48,154 nucleotides of DNA, taken from Bacilli bacterium. GTDB taxonomy: Bacteria; Bacillota_I; Bacilli_A; RF39; UBA660. Positions 1-9,698 of the stretch are shown one piece after another (the stretch's first letter is position 1; every line of letters begins with the position of its first letter). Where the stretch lies: assembly GCA_017887885.1 (NCBI GenBank), contig JAGHHB010000017.1:1-48154 (forward strand). The letters are read 5' to 3'. The notes beneath the pieces were generated by a model. That model was given only the letters and a program-made list of their open reading frames with translations. It ran no database searches and was not told the origin of the DNA. The position numbers and the translations under genes were made by a program.

Positions 1-1542
1 AAAATAAAAGAATTAGAATCTTTTGATTATCAAACATTTCAAGATTTAATAGAGAAATATGGCAAAGAAAATATATATCAAGTATTTAAGAAATTATTAG
101 AAACTAAAGATAAAAATGAACTAGATGAATTAAGAGAGAAATATAGTCTAGTATATATTGCAATATTAATAGACGGTAAAGATTGCTCTGATGAGAAGAT
201 TACGCAAATTATAAGTACTTTTGGGAAAGAAAACTTTATTGATTATTTTATAAACTTGCTTGAAAATAGTAAAGATCAAGATAGTGTTCTAAAACAATAT
301 AATAATATCTTTATATGGATTCAAAAATATTATGAAACTAAAGAAGTGGCTTTAGAAGAAGATGCTTTACAAGATAATAGTATCCAAGACTGTAATTCAG
401 GAAGAGAATTTAAACCTTTAACTAGAGAAGAAGAAATATTCTACTTTAATAAATTAAATGAATTAAAAAATCAAATATCAATTGGAACTTTTAAGGATCA
501 TTGCTTCTTCTTTATCAATACTATTCAGGTTATCTTATCAGTTACAACGGATGATCAAATAAAAAAATTATCTACCATAGCAAGTTATTTGACTTCCCAA
601 GAAGACGAACAGAAATTAATTAACCAATTTGTAGGAATATGGAAAAAAATAAATACAAAGCAAGGAAACAACATTCCCGCTATTGACATATTAAAAAATA
701 TTCTAAATATTGATATATATAACATAGAACCAATTTCTAAAACAACTATAGATCAACAGTTCAATTATATTAAGAATTATTTTGAAATACGAAAAAAAAT
801 TATTATGGCTAATCAAGGATTGGTTAGAACAATTTTATACAGATATTACCAATCCTATTTTATAAATAGTTTTGATGATTTATATGCTGAAGGTAATATA
901 GGTCTTATGAAGGCCATTGAACTTTTTGATCCAATGCGTAGTAAATTTTCAACATATGCTTGTTTTTGGATCATTAGCATTATCAATAGATATCTTTGTA
1001 ATTTACATTATCCGATTAGAACTCCAGTTAATATAGAAGAAAGCATTATGCAATATTCTAAAGCATCGGTAAAACTAACTTCACTTTTAGGAAGAGATCC
1101 AACCGATCAAGAAATAGCTGAATATTTAAATTGGGATATTGCAAAAGTTTTAAAATTAAAGGTATTTTATGATTTGAAAAGACTGTGTTCTCTGGATGCT
1201 CCATTGGAAACAGATAAAGGTAGTGGTGGTGTTACTTTACATGGGATTATTACCGATAGTGTTGATTTAGAAGAGACGGTTTTAGATAAAATAGCTGGCG
1301 AAGAATTATATGAACATTTAAATTTATTAAATGATAGAGATAGAACAGTATTAATATTAAGGTTTGGACTTAATGGTGAAGAAGAACAAACTTTAGAACA
1401 AATAGGACATACTTTAGGTATTACTAGAGAAAGGGTACGACAAATAGAGAAGGCAGCACTTTCTGAATTAAAAATAATTATAAATTCTTCTTCTGACAGT
1501 CCTGTTCGTCAGCGAAAGTGTTCTAAAAAAAAGACATTGTAA
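1..1542 (+). CDS. sigma-70 family RNA polymerase sigma factor, 5' end outside the window, unusually long N-terminal region
   Basis: Frame 1 is open from base 1 and has no in-frame ATG before the track start at 256, so the CDS enters from upstream. The C-terminal half carries region 2 (AEGNIGLMKAIELFDP, FSTYACFWI), region 3 (PIRTPVNIEES) and the region 4 HTH (RTVLILRFGL..TLEQIGHTLGITRERVRQIEKAAL). Confidence 0.85.
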   Translation, partial: KIKELESFDYQTFQDLIEKYGKENIYQVFKKLLETKDKNELDELREKYSLVYIAILIDGKDCSDEKITQIISTFGKENFIDYFINLLENSKDQDSVLKQYNNIFIWIQKYYETKEVALEEDALQDNSIQDCNSGREFKPLTREEEIFYFNKLNELKNQISIGTFKDHCFFFINTIQVILSVTTDDQIKKLSTIASYLTSQEDEQKLINQFVGIWKKINTKQGNNIPAIDILKNILNIDIYNIEPISKTTIDQQFNYIKNYFEIRKKIIMANQGLVRTILYRYYQSYFINSFDDLYAEGNIGLMKAIELFDPMRSKFSTYACFWIISIINRYLCNLHYPIRTPVNIEESIMQYSKASVKLTSLLGRDPTDQEIAEYLNWDIAKVLKLKVFYDLKRLCSLDAPLETDKGSGGVTLHGIITDSVDLEETVLDKIAGEELYEHLNLLNDRDRTVLILRFGLNGEEEQTLEQIGHTLGITRERVRQIEKAALSELKIIINSSSDSPVRQRKCSKKKTL

Positions 1543-1565
1543 AATTTATAATTTATGAATTAGTT

Positions 1566-1594
1566 AAAAAAGGCAACTGTTAGTTGCTTTTTTT
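1566..1594 (+). terminator. intrinsic terminator after the sigma factor gene
   Basis: Stem AAGGCAACT / AGTTGCTTT with a 3-nt loop, followed by a T-run. Confidence 0.7.
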
Positions 1595-1684
1595 ACAGAG
1601 TTATTGTTTTTTTAGAGATAATAAATTTAAATTAGAAAATCTATAATTACAAAAAATTGTTAGCTAGCAACACAACCTTATCTG

Positions 1685-1713
1685 TTTTCAAAAATTAATA
1701 AAAGTGATATAAT
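1685..1713 (+). promoter_or_regulatory. putative sigma-A type promoter of the suf operon
   Basis: Extended -10 TGATATAAT (1705-1713). Weak -35 TTTTCA (1685-1690) at 17 bp spacing. Confidence 0.4.
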
Positions 1714-1734
1714 TATTATGGAACGAGGTGTTTT

Positions 1735-2496
1735 ATGCTAAAAATAGAAAATTTAATAGTAAAAGCAAATAATAAGATTATTCTTGATAAATTTAATCTT
1801 ATCGTTAACGATGGTGAAATTCATGTTATTATGGGGCCAAATGGTGTAGGAAAATCAACTTTATCGAGAGTAATTATGGGTGATTATAACTATGAAGTTA
1901 TTTCTGGTAATATATATTTTAACAATGATAATTTACTTCCTCTATCGACTGATGAAAGAGCTAAAAAAGGTATTTTTTTGGCCATGCAGTATCCTATGGA
2001 AATCGATGGCGTATCTAATCAAGATTTTTTGAGAACAGCAATCTCTTCTATTAATAATAAAAGAATTGGTTTATATGACTTTATTATAAAATGTGAAAAG
2101 GGTGCGGAAGAATTATCTATGGATAAAGATTTAATTCACCGAAGTTTAAATGTTGGTTTTTCAGGAGGAGAAAAGAAGAAAAATGAAGTTTTACAGATAA
2201 AACTATTAAAACCTAATTTTATTATTTTAGATGAACTTGATTCAGGACTTGACATTGATAGTCTAAAAATAGTAGGAGAAAATATTAAAAAATATAAAGA
2301 TGAAAATCCCAATACTTCTATTTTAATAATTACGCATCATCCTAAAATATTAGAGTTTTTAAAGCCTGACTACGTACATATAATGGATAAAGGAAGAATC
2401 TATCAATCTGGAAATTATGAACTTGCTTTAGAAATTGAAAAATTTGGCTATATAGATAGGAAAAATATCTTAACTGTAGAGGATAAAAATGCATAA
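1735..2496 (+). CDS. sufC: Fe-S cluster assembly ATPase SufC
   Basis: Walker A GPNGVGKST, ABC signature FSGGEKKK, Walker B ILDELDSGLD. First gene of a suf-type operon. Confidence 0.9.
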   Translation: MLKIENLIVKANNKIILDKFNLIVNDGEIHVIMGPNGVGKSTLSRVIMGDYNYEVISGNIYFNNDNLLPLSTDERAKKGIFLAMQYPMEIDGVSNQDFLRTAISSINNKRIGLYDFIIKCEKGAEELSMDKDLIHRSLNVGFSGGEKKKNEVLQIKLLKPNFIILDELDSGLDIDSLKIVGENIKKYKDENPNTSILIITHHPKILEFLKPDYVHIMDKGRIYQSGNYELALEIEKFGYIDRKNILTVEDKNA

Positions 2497-3253
2497 AATA
2501 AATGTAGTAAATAATAAAATTATCCCTTCTGATGATGATAGTATTATGATTGATAATGATTCTCTTATTTTTCTAGATAGCGGAGATTATGTTATTGAAT
2601 ATATTGAATGTAATAATATAGAAATTAATTTTAATATAAAGAATAATCTATGTATTCAATTATTTGAATTTTCCAATAATAATAGTATTTCTTTAAAAGC
2701 GACTTATAATTTAGATAAAAGTGCGTCTTTGATTATAAATAAATTTTATAGCAATGAAAATACTGATGAAACTGTCAATGTTTATTTAAAAGAAACTAAG
2801 GCTAATATTAAATATAATTTTTCTAGTATTGGCAATAAAAATGATAAATATAACATTAATATATACCATTTAGCGAAAGAAACTAGATCAGATATTTTTA
2901 ATAGGACTGTTGCCCGAAAAGGAAGCATTAATGTCTTTGATATTAACAGCTATGTAGAAAATGGTGTTTGTAAATGTTTTTTAAATCAGAGTACTAAAAT
3001 TATTACTTTAGGCAAATCTATTAATAAAATTAATCCTAATATGTTTATTGCTGAAAATAGTACTACCGCTACTCATTCGTCTGTAATTGGCAATATGAGA
3101 AGGGATGAGCTTTTTTATTTAATGTCGAGAGGAATTACTTATAAAAGTGCCATTAACTTGATAGTCAAGGGATTAATTATCTCTAATATTAATCCTAATA
3201 TAGAAATGAAAGAAAAAATTTTAAATATTTTAGAGAAGCTAGGAGGTGAATAA
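2489..3253 (+). CDS. sufD: SufB/SufD family Fe-S assembly protein, short form
   Basis: The C-terminal beta-helix region resembles SufB/D (ATHSSVIGNMRRDELFYLMSRGI). It holds the second position of sufCDSU and overlaps the sufC stop by 8 nt. At 254 aa it is short for the family. Confidence 0.65.
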   Translation: MHKINVVNNKIIPSDDDSIMIDNDSLIFLDSGDYVIEYIECNNIEINFNIKNNLCIQLFEFSNNNSISLKATYNLDKSASLIINKFYSNENTDETVNVYLKETKANIKYNFSSIGNKNDKYNINIYHLAKETRSDIFNRTVARKGSINVFDINSYVENGVCKCFLNQSTKIITLGKSINKINPNMFIAENSTTATHSSVIGNMRRDELFYLMSRGITYKSAINLIVKGLIISNINPNIEMKEKILNILEKLGGE

Positions 3254-4450
3254 ATGCATAGAGAGGATTTTAAGTTGTTAGATAGTAATATTATTTATTT
3301 TGATAATGGAGCTACTACTTTGAAGCCTACATGCGTACGTGATGCAATAATTAAATATTATGATGAATATACCGCTAATGCACATAGAGGAGATTATACG
3401 ATAAGTAATATTGTCGATAGTATGTATGAAGAAACAAGAGAAAAAACGAAAAATTTTATTAATGCTAAAGAGACATCTGAAATTGTCTTCACTAGTGGTA
3501 CTACTAATAGTATGAATATGATTGTTTTTGGTTTTTTTAAGAATTATTTAAAAGAAGGGGACGAAGTTTTAATTACTTTAAGTGAGCATGCTTCAAATAT
3601 TATTCCTTGGTTTGTTTTACAAAAAGACATAGGTATTAAAGTTAAATATATTGCTTTAAATAACGAAAATAAAGTAACAATAGAAAATGTTAAAGAGGCC
3701 ATTAGTGATAGAACAAAAGTTATATCATTAGCTCATATTACTAATGTAATTGGGGATGAAAGACCTATTAAAGAAATTAGCCAGTTAGCACATAATAATA
3801 ATATTTTATTAGTTGTTGATGCCGCTCAATCTATAGCTCATAAAGAAATTGATGTTCAAGATCTCGATATTGATTTTATGGCTTTTTCTGGTCATAAAAT
3901 GTATGGACCAACAGGAATTGGAATATTATATGGGAAATTTGAACTTCTTGATCAAATGCTTCCTCTTAATTATGGCGGTGGTATGAATGCTTTATTTACA
4001 AAGGATGGATATGTTGAATTAAGAGAAATTCCAACACGGCTTGAAGGTGGAACTCCTAATATCGAAGGAGTACTAGGACTTAATGCAGCTTTATCATATT
4101 TAGAAGAAATTGGATTAGATAAAATCAATGCTTACGAAAAAGAATTAAAGAATTATTTAATAGCAAGATTAGAAAAATTAGATTTTATTGAAATTTATAA
4201 TAAAAATATTGAAACAAATATAGTAACATTTAATATCAAAGGTGTATTTGCCCAAGATACTGCTATATATTTAGATAAATATCATATATGTGTAAGAGCT
4301 GGAAATCACTGTGCAAAAATTTTAAATAGTGTCTTTAATACAAGTAATACAGTTAGAATTAGTTTAAGTTTCTATAATAGTAAAGAAGAAATTGATTTAT
4401 TAATAAATGTACTTAAAAATAGTGAAAATATATGGAAGGAAATACTATAA
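3254..4450 (+). CDS. sufS: cysteine desulfurase SufS (class V aminotransferase)
   Basis: PLP-lysine motif FSGHKMYGPTGIG, catalytic Cys motif RAGNHCA, typical N-terminus YFDNGATT. Confidence 0.9.
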   Translation: MHREDFKLLDSNIIYFDNGATTLKPTCVRDAIIKYYDEYTANAHRGDYTISNIVDSMYEETREKTKNFINAKETSEIVFTSGTTNSMNMIVFGFFKNYLKEGDEVLITLSEHASNIIPWFVLQKDIGIKVKYIALNNENKVTIENVKEAISDRTKVISLAHITNVIGDERPIKEISQLAHNNNILLVVDAAQSIAHKEIDVQDLDIDFMAFSGHKMYGPTGIGILYGKFELLDQMLPLNYGGGMNALFTKDGYVELREIPTRLEGGTPNIEGVLGLNAALSYLEEIGLDKINAYEKELKNYLIARLEKLDFIEIYNKNIETNIVTFNIKGVFAQDTAIYLDKYHICVRAGNHCAKILNSVFNTSNTVRISLSFYNSKEEIDLLINVLKNSENIWKEIL

Positions 4451-4875
4451 TGGATAAAGATTTGAAAAGAGAAATTATTTTAGATAATTATCAACATCCA
4501 AATAAAAAAAAGGTCAGTGATAATAGTTATGTTAAGATTAATACAAGAAATGTAAGTTGTATTGATAATTTAGATATTTATTTAAAAGTTAGAAATAATA
4601 TAGTTGAAGATATTACTTTTGATGGAGAAGCTTGTGTTATCAGTATTGCCTCTACTAATATTTTAATCAATATAATTATTGGTAAGACATATAAGGAAGC
4701 CATTGAAATTATTGATAATTATTTAAAAATGATAAACGAAGAAGAATATAATAAAGAGATATTAAAAGAACTTAATGTATTTGATGATACTAGTAAGCAA
4801 CCATCTAGAATTAAATGTGCTACATTAAGCGCTTTAGGGATAAAAGAATTTTTAATAAAGAATGATTACTCATAA
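4450..4875 (+). CDS. sufU: SufU / IscU-like sulfur acceptor scaffold
   Basis: Conserved Cys/Asp ligands (VSCID, GEACVIS, RIKCATL). ATG at 4450 overlaps the sufS stop (TAATG); the track ORF begins further upstream at 4432. Confidence 0.85.
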   Translation: MDKDLKREIILDNYQHPNKKKVSDNSYVKINTRNVSCIDNLDIYLKVRNNIVEDITFDGEACVISIASTNILINIIIGKTYKEAIEIIDNYLKMINEEEYNKEILKELNVFDDTSKQPSRIKCATLSALGIKEFLIKNDYS

Positions 4876-4999
4876 CCACAAATATTAAGAAATCATTCTT
4901 TATTTTTTTAGTGATTTGTTTTGTAAAAATGTTGTAAATATATTTAATTTGTTTAACTTTTTTGATAAAATATTATTGTGGAAGTTTAGGTGGTAGTAA

Positions 5000-7900
5000 A
5001 TGCAGGAAAAGATGAAAAAATTACTCAAAGAAATCAATATGAAAAATGATGGTTTGGAAAACTGCAGTATTGATAAGGTTATAGTTTATGATAATAATAA
5101 GCTTTGGCACTTTGTATTGAAAAATGACACAATTTTACCATTACATATATATAATGAACTTTTAAATAATCTTCAGTATACTTTTAGTGATATTAGAGAA
5201 ATTATTCTCACTATTAATGTAGAAAAAACAGATGATAACTATCTGGATGATTATTTTGGTATGCTAATTAATAAATTTAGTAATGAAAGCTATAAATATA
5301 GAGTTTTTTTAGATAGAAAACTAAAAATTAAGGAAAATAATTATATATTTGAAGTTGATAATAGGGCTGAATATACTTATTTAACGGAAAAATTAGAATA
5401 TATTAATTCTAAACTTAATAGTTATGGTTTTAAAAAAGGCGTAAAGATTATTATTGCTGAAGAAAAGGAAAAAGAACTATTGAATAAAATCGAAGAGGAA
5501 AAAGCAGCAGCATTTACTAATGTATCATTAAATGAAAAAGGATTAAATGAAACCAAAAAAGAGGACAAGAAATATTTTAAACCTAAAAAGGATACTAGTA
5601 TAACACCGATTAAAGATATTTTATATGAAGTTGATAATATCTCTATTAGGGGACAAATTTTTGGCATCGATATGTTTGAGGCCAAAAGTGGTTATAAAAT
5701 TATTACAATTAAAGTTACTGATAATAGTGACAGTATTTATGTAAAAATGTTTACTAAAGATGCAGAAGAATATGCTAAAATTAAGGAACTTTTAAAAGAG
5801 GGAGCTTGGTATAACTTTTATGGTAAAGTGCAAATGGACAAATTTGCTAATGAACTTACTTTTATTACTAAATATAAGGATATTGATAAAATAGATGGTC
5901 CTACTACTGAAAAAAGACAAGATGATGAAGTAGTTAAAAGAGTCGAACTTCATGCTCATACAATGATGAGTCAAATGGATGCAGTTACCAAAGTAGATTT
6001 AACCAAACATACATGCGAATTAGTATCTAAATGTATCGAGATGGGATATAGAGGTGTTGCTATTACTGACCATAATGGATGTCAAGCATTTCCCATTGCC
6101 TATGGTATTATTTCTTCTTATAATAAAAAACAGGACGATCCTAACAAGCATTTTAAAGGTCTTTATGGTACAGAGTTAACACTTGTTGATGATACGGTAA
6201 ATATCGTCATTCGTCCTGACAACCGCGATCTTATCTCTTCAACATATGTTGTATTCGACACGGAAACAACTGGATTTAATGCTGGTGGTGGCGATACAAT
6301 GATTGAAATTGGCGCAGTTAAAATAAAGGAAGGTACTATTATTGATAGATTTGATGAACTTATTGATCCTAAAAAACACATTCCTGATAAAATAACAGAA
6401 CTTACTTGTATTACAGATGACATGGTTAAGGGAAAAGATGACGAGGAAACCGTAGTCAAGAAATTTTTGGACTGGGTAGGTGATGCTCCAATGGTTGCCC
6501 ATAATGCTAAATTTGATATTTCATTCATTGAAATGGCTATGAAAAAATACAATTTAGGAGCATTTACTAATACAGTAATTGATACTTTAGAATTATCGAG
6601 GGCTATCGATACTGGTTATACTCGCCATAGTCTATCCGTTCTAGTGAAAAGATATAATATAGCTTGGGATGAAGAGGCACATCATCGAGCGGACTATGAT
6701 GCCGAAGGAACAGCTCAAATATTTCATAAAATGATTACTAAATTAGCAAGGCAGAATTTTAATAGTATAAAAGATTTAGATAAACTAATAGCCAAAGAGG
6801 AAATTTATAAATTTGGAAGAACGTATCACTTTAATGCTATTGCTTTAAACCGAAAAGGACTTAAAAACTTATTTAAAATCATATCCCTTGCTAATACTAC
6901 TTACTTATATAAAACGCCACGAATACTTAGAAGTAAATTAGATGAATTTAGAGAGGGGCTTTTAATAGGTAGTGGATGTTATGAGAGCGAAGTATTTATT
7001 GAAAGTCGTAGTAAAGAAGGAGAAGAATTAACTAACATTATTAATTTTTATGATTATATCGAAGTGCAACCACCAGAAGTTTATGGACATTTGATTCAAA
7101 CTAGTGATTTTAAAAACGAGGAAGAAATTAAAAAACATATTGAGAAAATTATTAAAGCCACTAAAGAAGCGGGAAAAATTATCGTAGCAACTGGAGATGT
7201 CCATCATTTTACAAGGGAAGATAAGATATATAGAGAAATTATTATTAATCAAAAAGTACCTGGTGGTGGTAGACATCCTTTAGCCAAAAATAGTATTACT
7301 ACTATTCCTTCTCAACATTTCAGAACAACAAAGGAAATGCTTGAAGATTTTGCATTTTTAGAAAAGGAATTAGCTTATGAAATTGTTGTTACTAATACTA
7401 ACAAAATTCTCGATATGAGTGATGAAATTGAAGTTATTATTGATACTGGTGGTATTCCTTTTTCACCAAAAGTTAAAAGTGATGATGGGAAATCTTATTT
7501 AGATTGCCCTAGTGTAGTAACTAATTTAGTCTTTGATAGGGCCAAAGATTGGTATGGAGATAATTTACCACATAATATCGAAGAAAGAATAGCAACTGAA
7601 CTATATGGAAATATTGTATATAAATGTTGGGATGAAAAAATAAAAGAAAATTATCCTGATATATCTTTAGAAGAAAGAAAAGAGAAAATATTTGAAAATC
7701 TACATACAACTTTAATAAATGGTTTTGATAAAGTCAAAGAATTAGTTATAGAATATGTAAAAAAAACTTGGCAAGATACTGATGGCGAACTCACTGATGA
7801 AAATGCCCAGAAAAAAATGAAAAAAGAACTGGGGGGAATTATTGGTGGAGGATTTGATTCAATATATTTAATTGCTCAAAGACTAGTTAAACATTCTAAT

Positions 7901-9622
7901 GATGATGGATATCTAGTAGGATCAAGAGGAAGCGTCGGAAGTAGTTTTGTAGCAACGATGATGGGTATTACCGAAGTAAACCCACTTCCTGCCCACTACA
8001 GATGTCTCCATTGTAAAACCAGTATTTTTAAAGATGAAAATAATAATGATTTAGGAGCTACTTATTCATGTGGCTTTGATTTACCCAATAAAAAATGTCC
8101 TAATTGTGGAAATCTCCTTTATAAAGATGGTCAAGATATTCCATTTGCTACTTTTTTAGGATTTAACGCTGATAAAGTACCAGATATTGATCTTAATTTT
8201 TCAGACTTAAACCAATCTTCTGCTCATGAATATACTAAAGTATTATTTGGAGTCGATAATGTTTATCGTGCGGGAACAATTGGTACAGTAGCGGAAAAAA
8301 CAGCCTTTGGCTTTGTTAAAGGATATTTTGAAGACAAAGGAATTCTTAATAAAAGAGACTGTGAAATCGAAAGATTAGCTATGGGTTGTACTGGCGTTAA
8401 GCGAACAACAGGACAACATCCTGGTGGCATTGTCGTTGTCCCCGATTATATGGATGTATCAGATTTCACACCTTTTCAATTTCCTGCTGACGATGTTAAT
8501 AGTTCATGGCGGACAACGCATTTTGATTATCATGCTATCGAACAAGATTTATTAAAATTAGATATTTTAGGTCATTCTGATCCGACACAGTTAAGATTAA
8601 TCCAAGAATTATCTGGAACAAATGTTTTGGATGTTCCTATGGATGATAAAGATACCATGAGTATTTTTACTTCAACAAAACTACTTGGCGTCACTAATGA
8701 ACAAATTATGTGTGATACTGGAACACTTGGCATTCCAGAACTAGGGACACCTTTTACTATTAGTTTAGTACATGAAACAAGACCGACTACTTTTGCCGAA
8801 CTAATTAAAATATCTGGTTTATCACATGGAAATGACGTATGGGTGGGAAATGCTCAAGAACTAGTTAGAAATAATACTATTCCTTTTAAAGACGTTATTG
8901 GATGTCGTGACGATATAATGGTTTATTTGATGTATCATGGGGTTGAACCGATTAAAGCTTTTAAAATTATGGAATTCGTACGTAAAGGTAAAGCTAGTAA
9001 AGATGCCGAAACATGGGCGAAACATAAAGAGATTATGGAAAAAGCAGGTATTGACAAATGGTTTATTGATAGTTGCTTTAAAATTAAATATATGTTTCCT
9101 AAAGCACATGCGGCAGCATATGTAATTAGTGCTTTTAGAATTGCTTGGTATAAAGTACATATGCCTGTTTACTTTTATGCTAGTTGGTTTTCTACTAAAG
9201 CTACTGATTTTGATATTGAAGCTATGATTAACGGATATGACGAGATAAAAAAGAACCTTATTGAAATTGAAAACAAGGGATTTGAAGCTTCTAATAAGGA
9301 AAATGGAATATCTGAATGTTTGAAAGTAGCTTTAGAAATGGCCGCTAGAGGAATAAAAATTGCTAAATACGATTTATATAAAAGTAAGGGTATAACTTTT
9401 TCTGTCGAAGATGATAACACTATTATTCCACCATTTAGGGCAATTAATGGCTTAGGAGAGGTTGTAGCTAGAAATATTGAAACTGAAGCTAATAAAGCTA
9501 AATTTATTAGTATTGAAGATTTTCAGACAAGATGCCGAGTATCACAAACAATTGTCGATAAAATGCGAGCAATGGGAATTTTCGATGGGATGTCAGAAAC
9601 CAGTCAATTAAGCTTATTCTAG
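5000..9622 (+). CDS. polC: DNA polymerase III alpha subunit, Gram-positive PolC type
   Basis: PHP motif VELHAHTMMS, exonuclease motif VVFDTETTG, GSRGSVGSS, zinc module CLHC..CPNC. RBS AGGTGG lies upstream of the ATG. Confidence 0.96.
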   Translation: MQEKMKKLLKEINMKNDGLENCSIDKVIVYDNNKLWHFVLKNDTILPLHIYNELLNNLQYTFSDIREIILTINVEKTDDNYLDDYFGMLINKFSNESYKYRVFLDRKLKIKENNYIFEVDNRAEYTYLTEKLEYINSKLNSYGFKKGVKIIIAEEKEKELLNKIEEEKAAAFTNVSLNEKGLNETKKEDKKYFKPKKDTSITPIKDILYEVDNISIRGQIFGIDMFEAKSGYKIITIKVTDNSDSIYVKMFTKDAEEYAKIKELLKEGAWYNFYGKVQMDKFANELTFITKYKDIDKIDGPTTEKRQDDEVVKRVELHAHTMMSQMDAVTKVDLTKHTCELVSKCIEMGYRGVAITDHNGCQAFPIAYGIISSYNKKQDDPNKHFKGLYGTELTLVDDTVNIVIRPDNRDLISSTYVVFDTETTGFNAGGGDTMIEIGAVKIKEGTIIDRFDELIDPKKHIPDKITELTCITDDMVKGKDDEETVVKKFLDWVGDAPMVAHNAKFDISFIEMAMKKYNLGAFTNTVIDTLELSRAIDTGYTRHSLSVLVKRYNIAWDEEAHHRADYDAEGTAQIFHKMITKLARQNFNSIKDLDKLIAKEEIYKFGRTYHFNAIALNRKGLKNLFKIISLANTTYLYKTPRILRSKLDEFREGLLIGSGCYESEVFIESRSKEGEELTNIINFYDYIEVQPPEVYGHLIQTSDFKNEEEIKKHIEKIIKATKEAGKIIVATGDVHHFTREDKIYREIIINQKVPGGGRHPLAKNSITTIPSQHFRTTKEMLEDFAFLEKELAYEIVVTNTNKILDMSDEIEVIIDTGGIPFSPKVKSDDGKSYLDCPSVVTNLVFDRAKDWYGDNLPHNIEERIATELYGNIVYKCWDEKIKENYPDISLEERKEKIFENLHTTLINGFDKVKELVIEYVKKTWQDTDGELTDENAQKKMKKELGGIIGGGFDSIYLIAQRLVKHSNDDGYLVGSRGSVGSSFVATMMGITEVNPLPAHYRCLHCKTSIFKDENNNDLGATYSCGFDLPNKKCPNCGNLLYKDGQDIPFATFLGFNADKVPDIDLNFSDLNQSSAHEYTKVLFGVDNVYRAGTIGTVAEKTAFGFVKGYFEDKGILNKRDCEIERLAMGCTGVKRTTGQHPGGIVVVPDYMDVSDFTPFQFPADDVNSSWRTTHFDYHAIEQDLLKLDILGHSDPTQLRLIQELSGTNVLDVPMDDKDTMSIFTSTKLLGVTNEQIMCDTGTLGIPELGTPFTISLVHETRPTTFAELIKISGLSHGNDVWVGNAQELVRNNTIPFKDVIGCRDDIMVYLMYHGVEPIKAFKIMEFVRKGKASKDAETWAKHKEIMEKAGIDKWFIDSCFKIKYMFPKAHAAAYVISAFRIAWYKVHMPVYFYASWFSTKATDFDIEAMINGYDEIKKNLIEIENKGFEASNKENGISECLKVALEMAARGIKIAKYDLYKSKGITFSVEDDNTIIPPFRAINGLGEVVARNIETEANKAKFISIEDFQTRCRVSQTIVDKMRAMGIFDGMSETSQLSLF

Positions 9623-9698
9623 ATTGATTTTTAAAAATATAACTTTATTTTAACAATATTTTTTGATAAAATTATTATAGAAAGACTTGGTGAGATGG

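Noticed and set aside
5422-9420. Multiple 60-130 aa antisense or alternate-frame ORFs inside polC; similar ones occur inside polA, gyrA, gyrB, dnaA, dnaN, recR, metG and the HerA-like gene
   Set aside because: They are fully nested in strongly supported genes, have low-complexity Ser/Ile/Phe/Leu-rich translations typical of antisense AT-rich DNA, and lack RBS.
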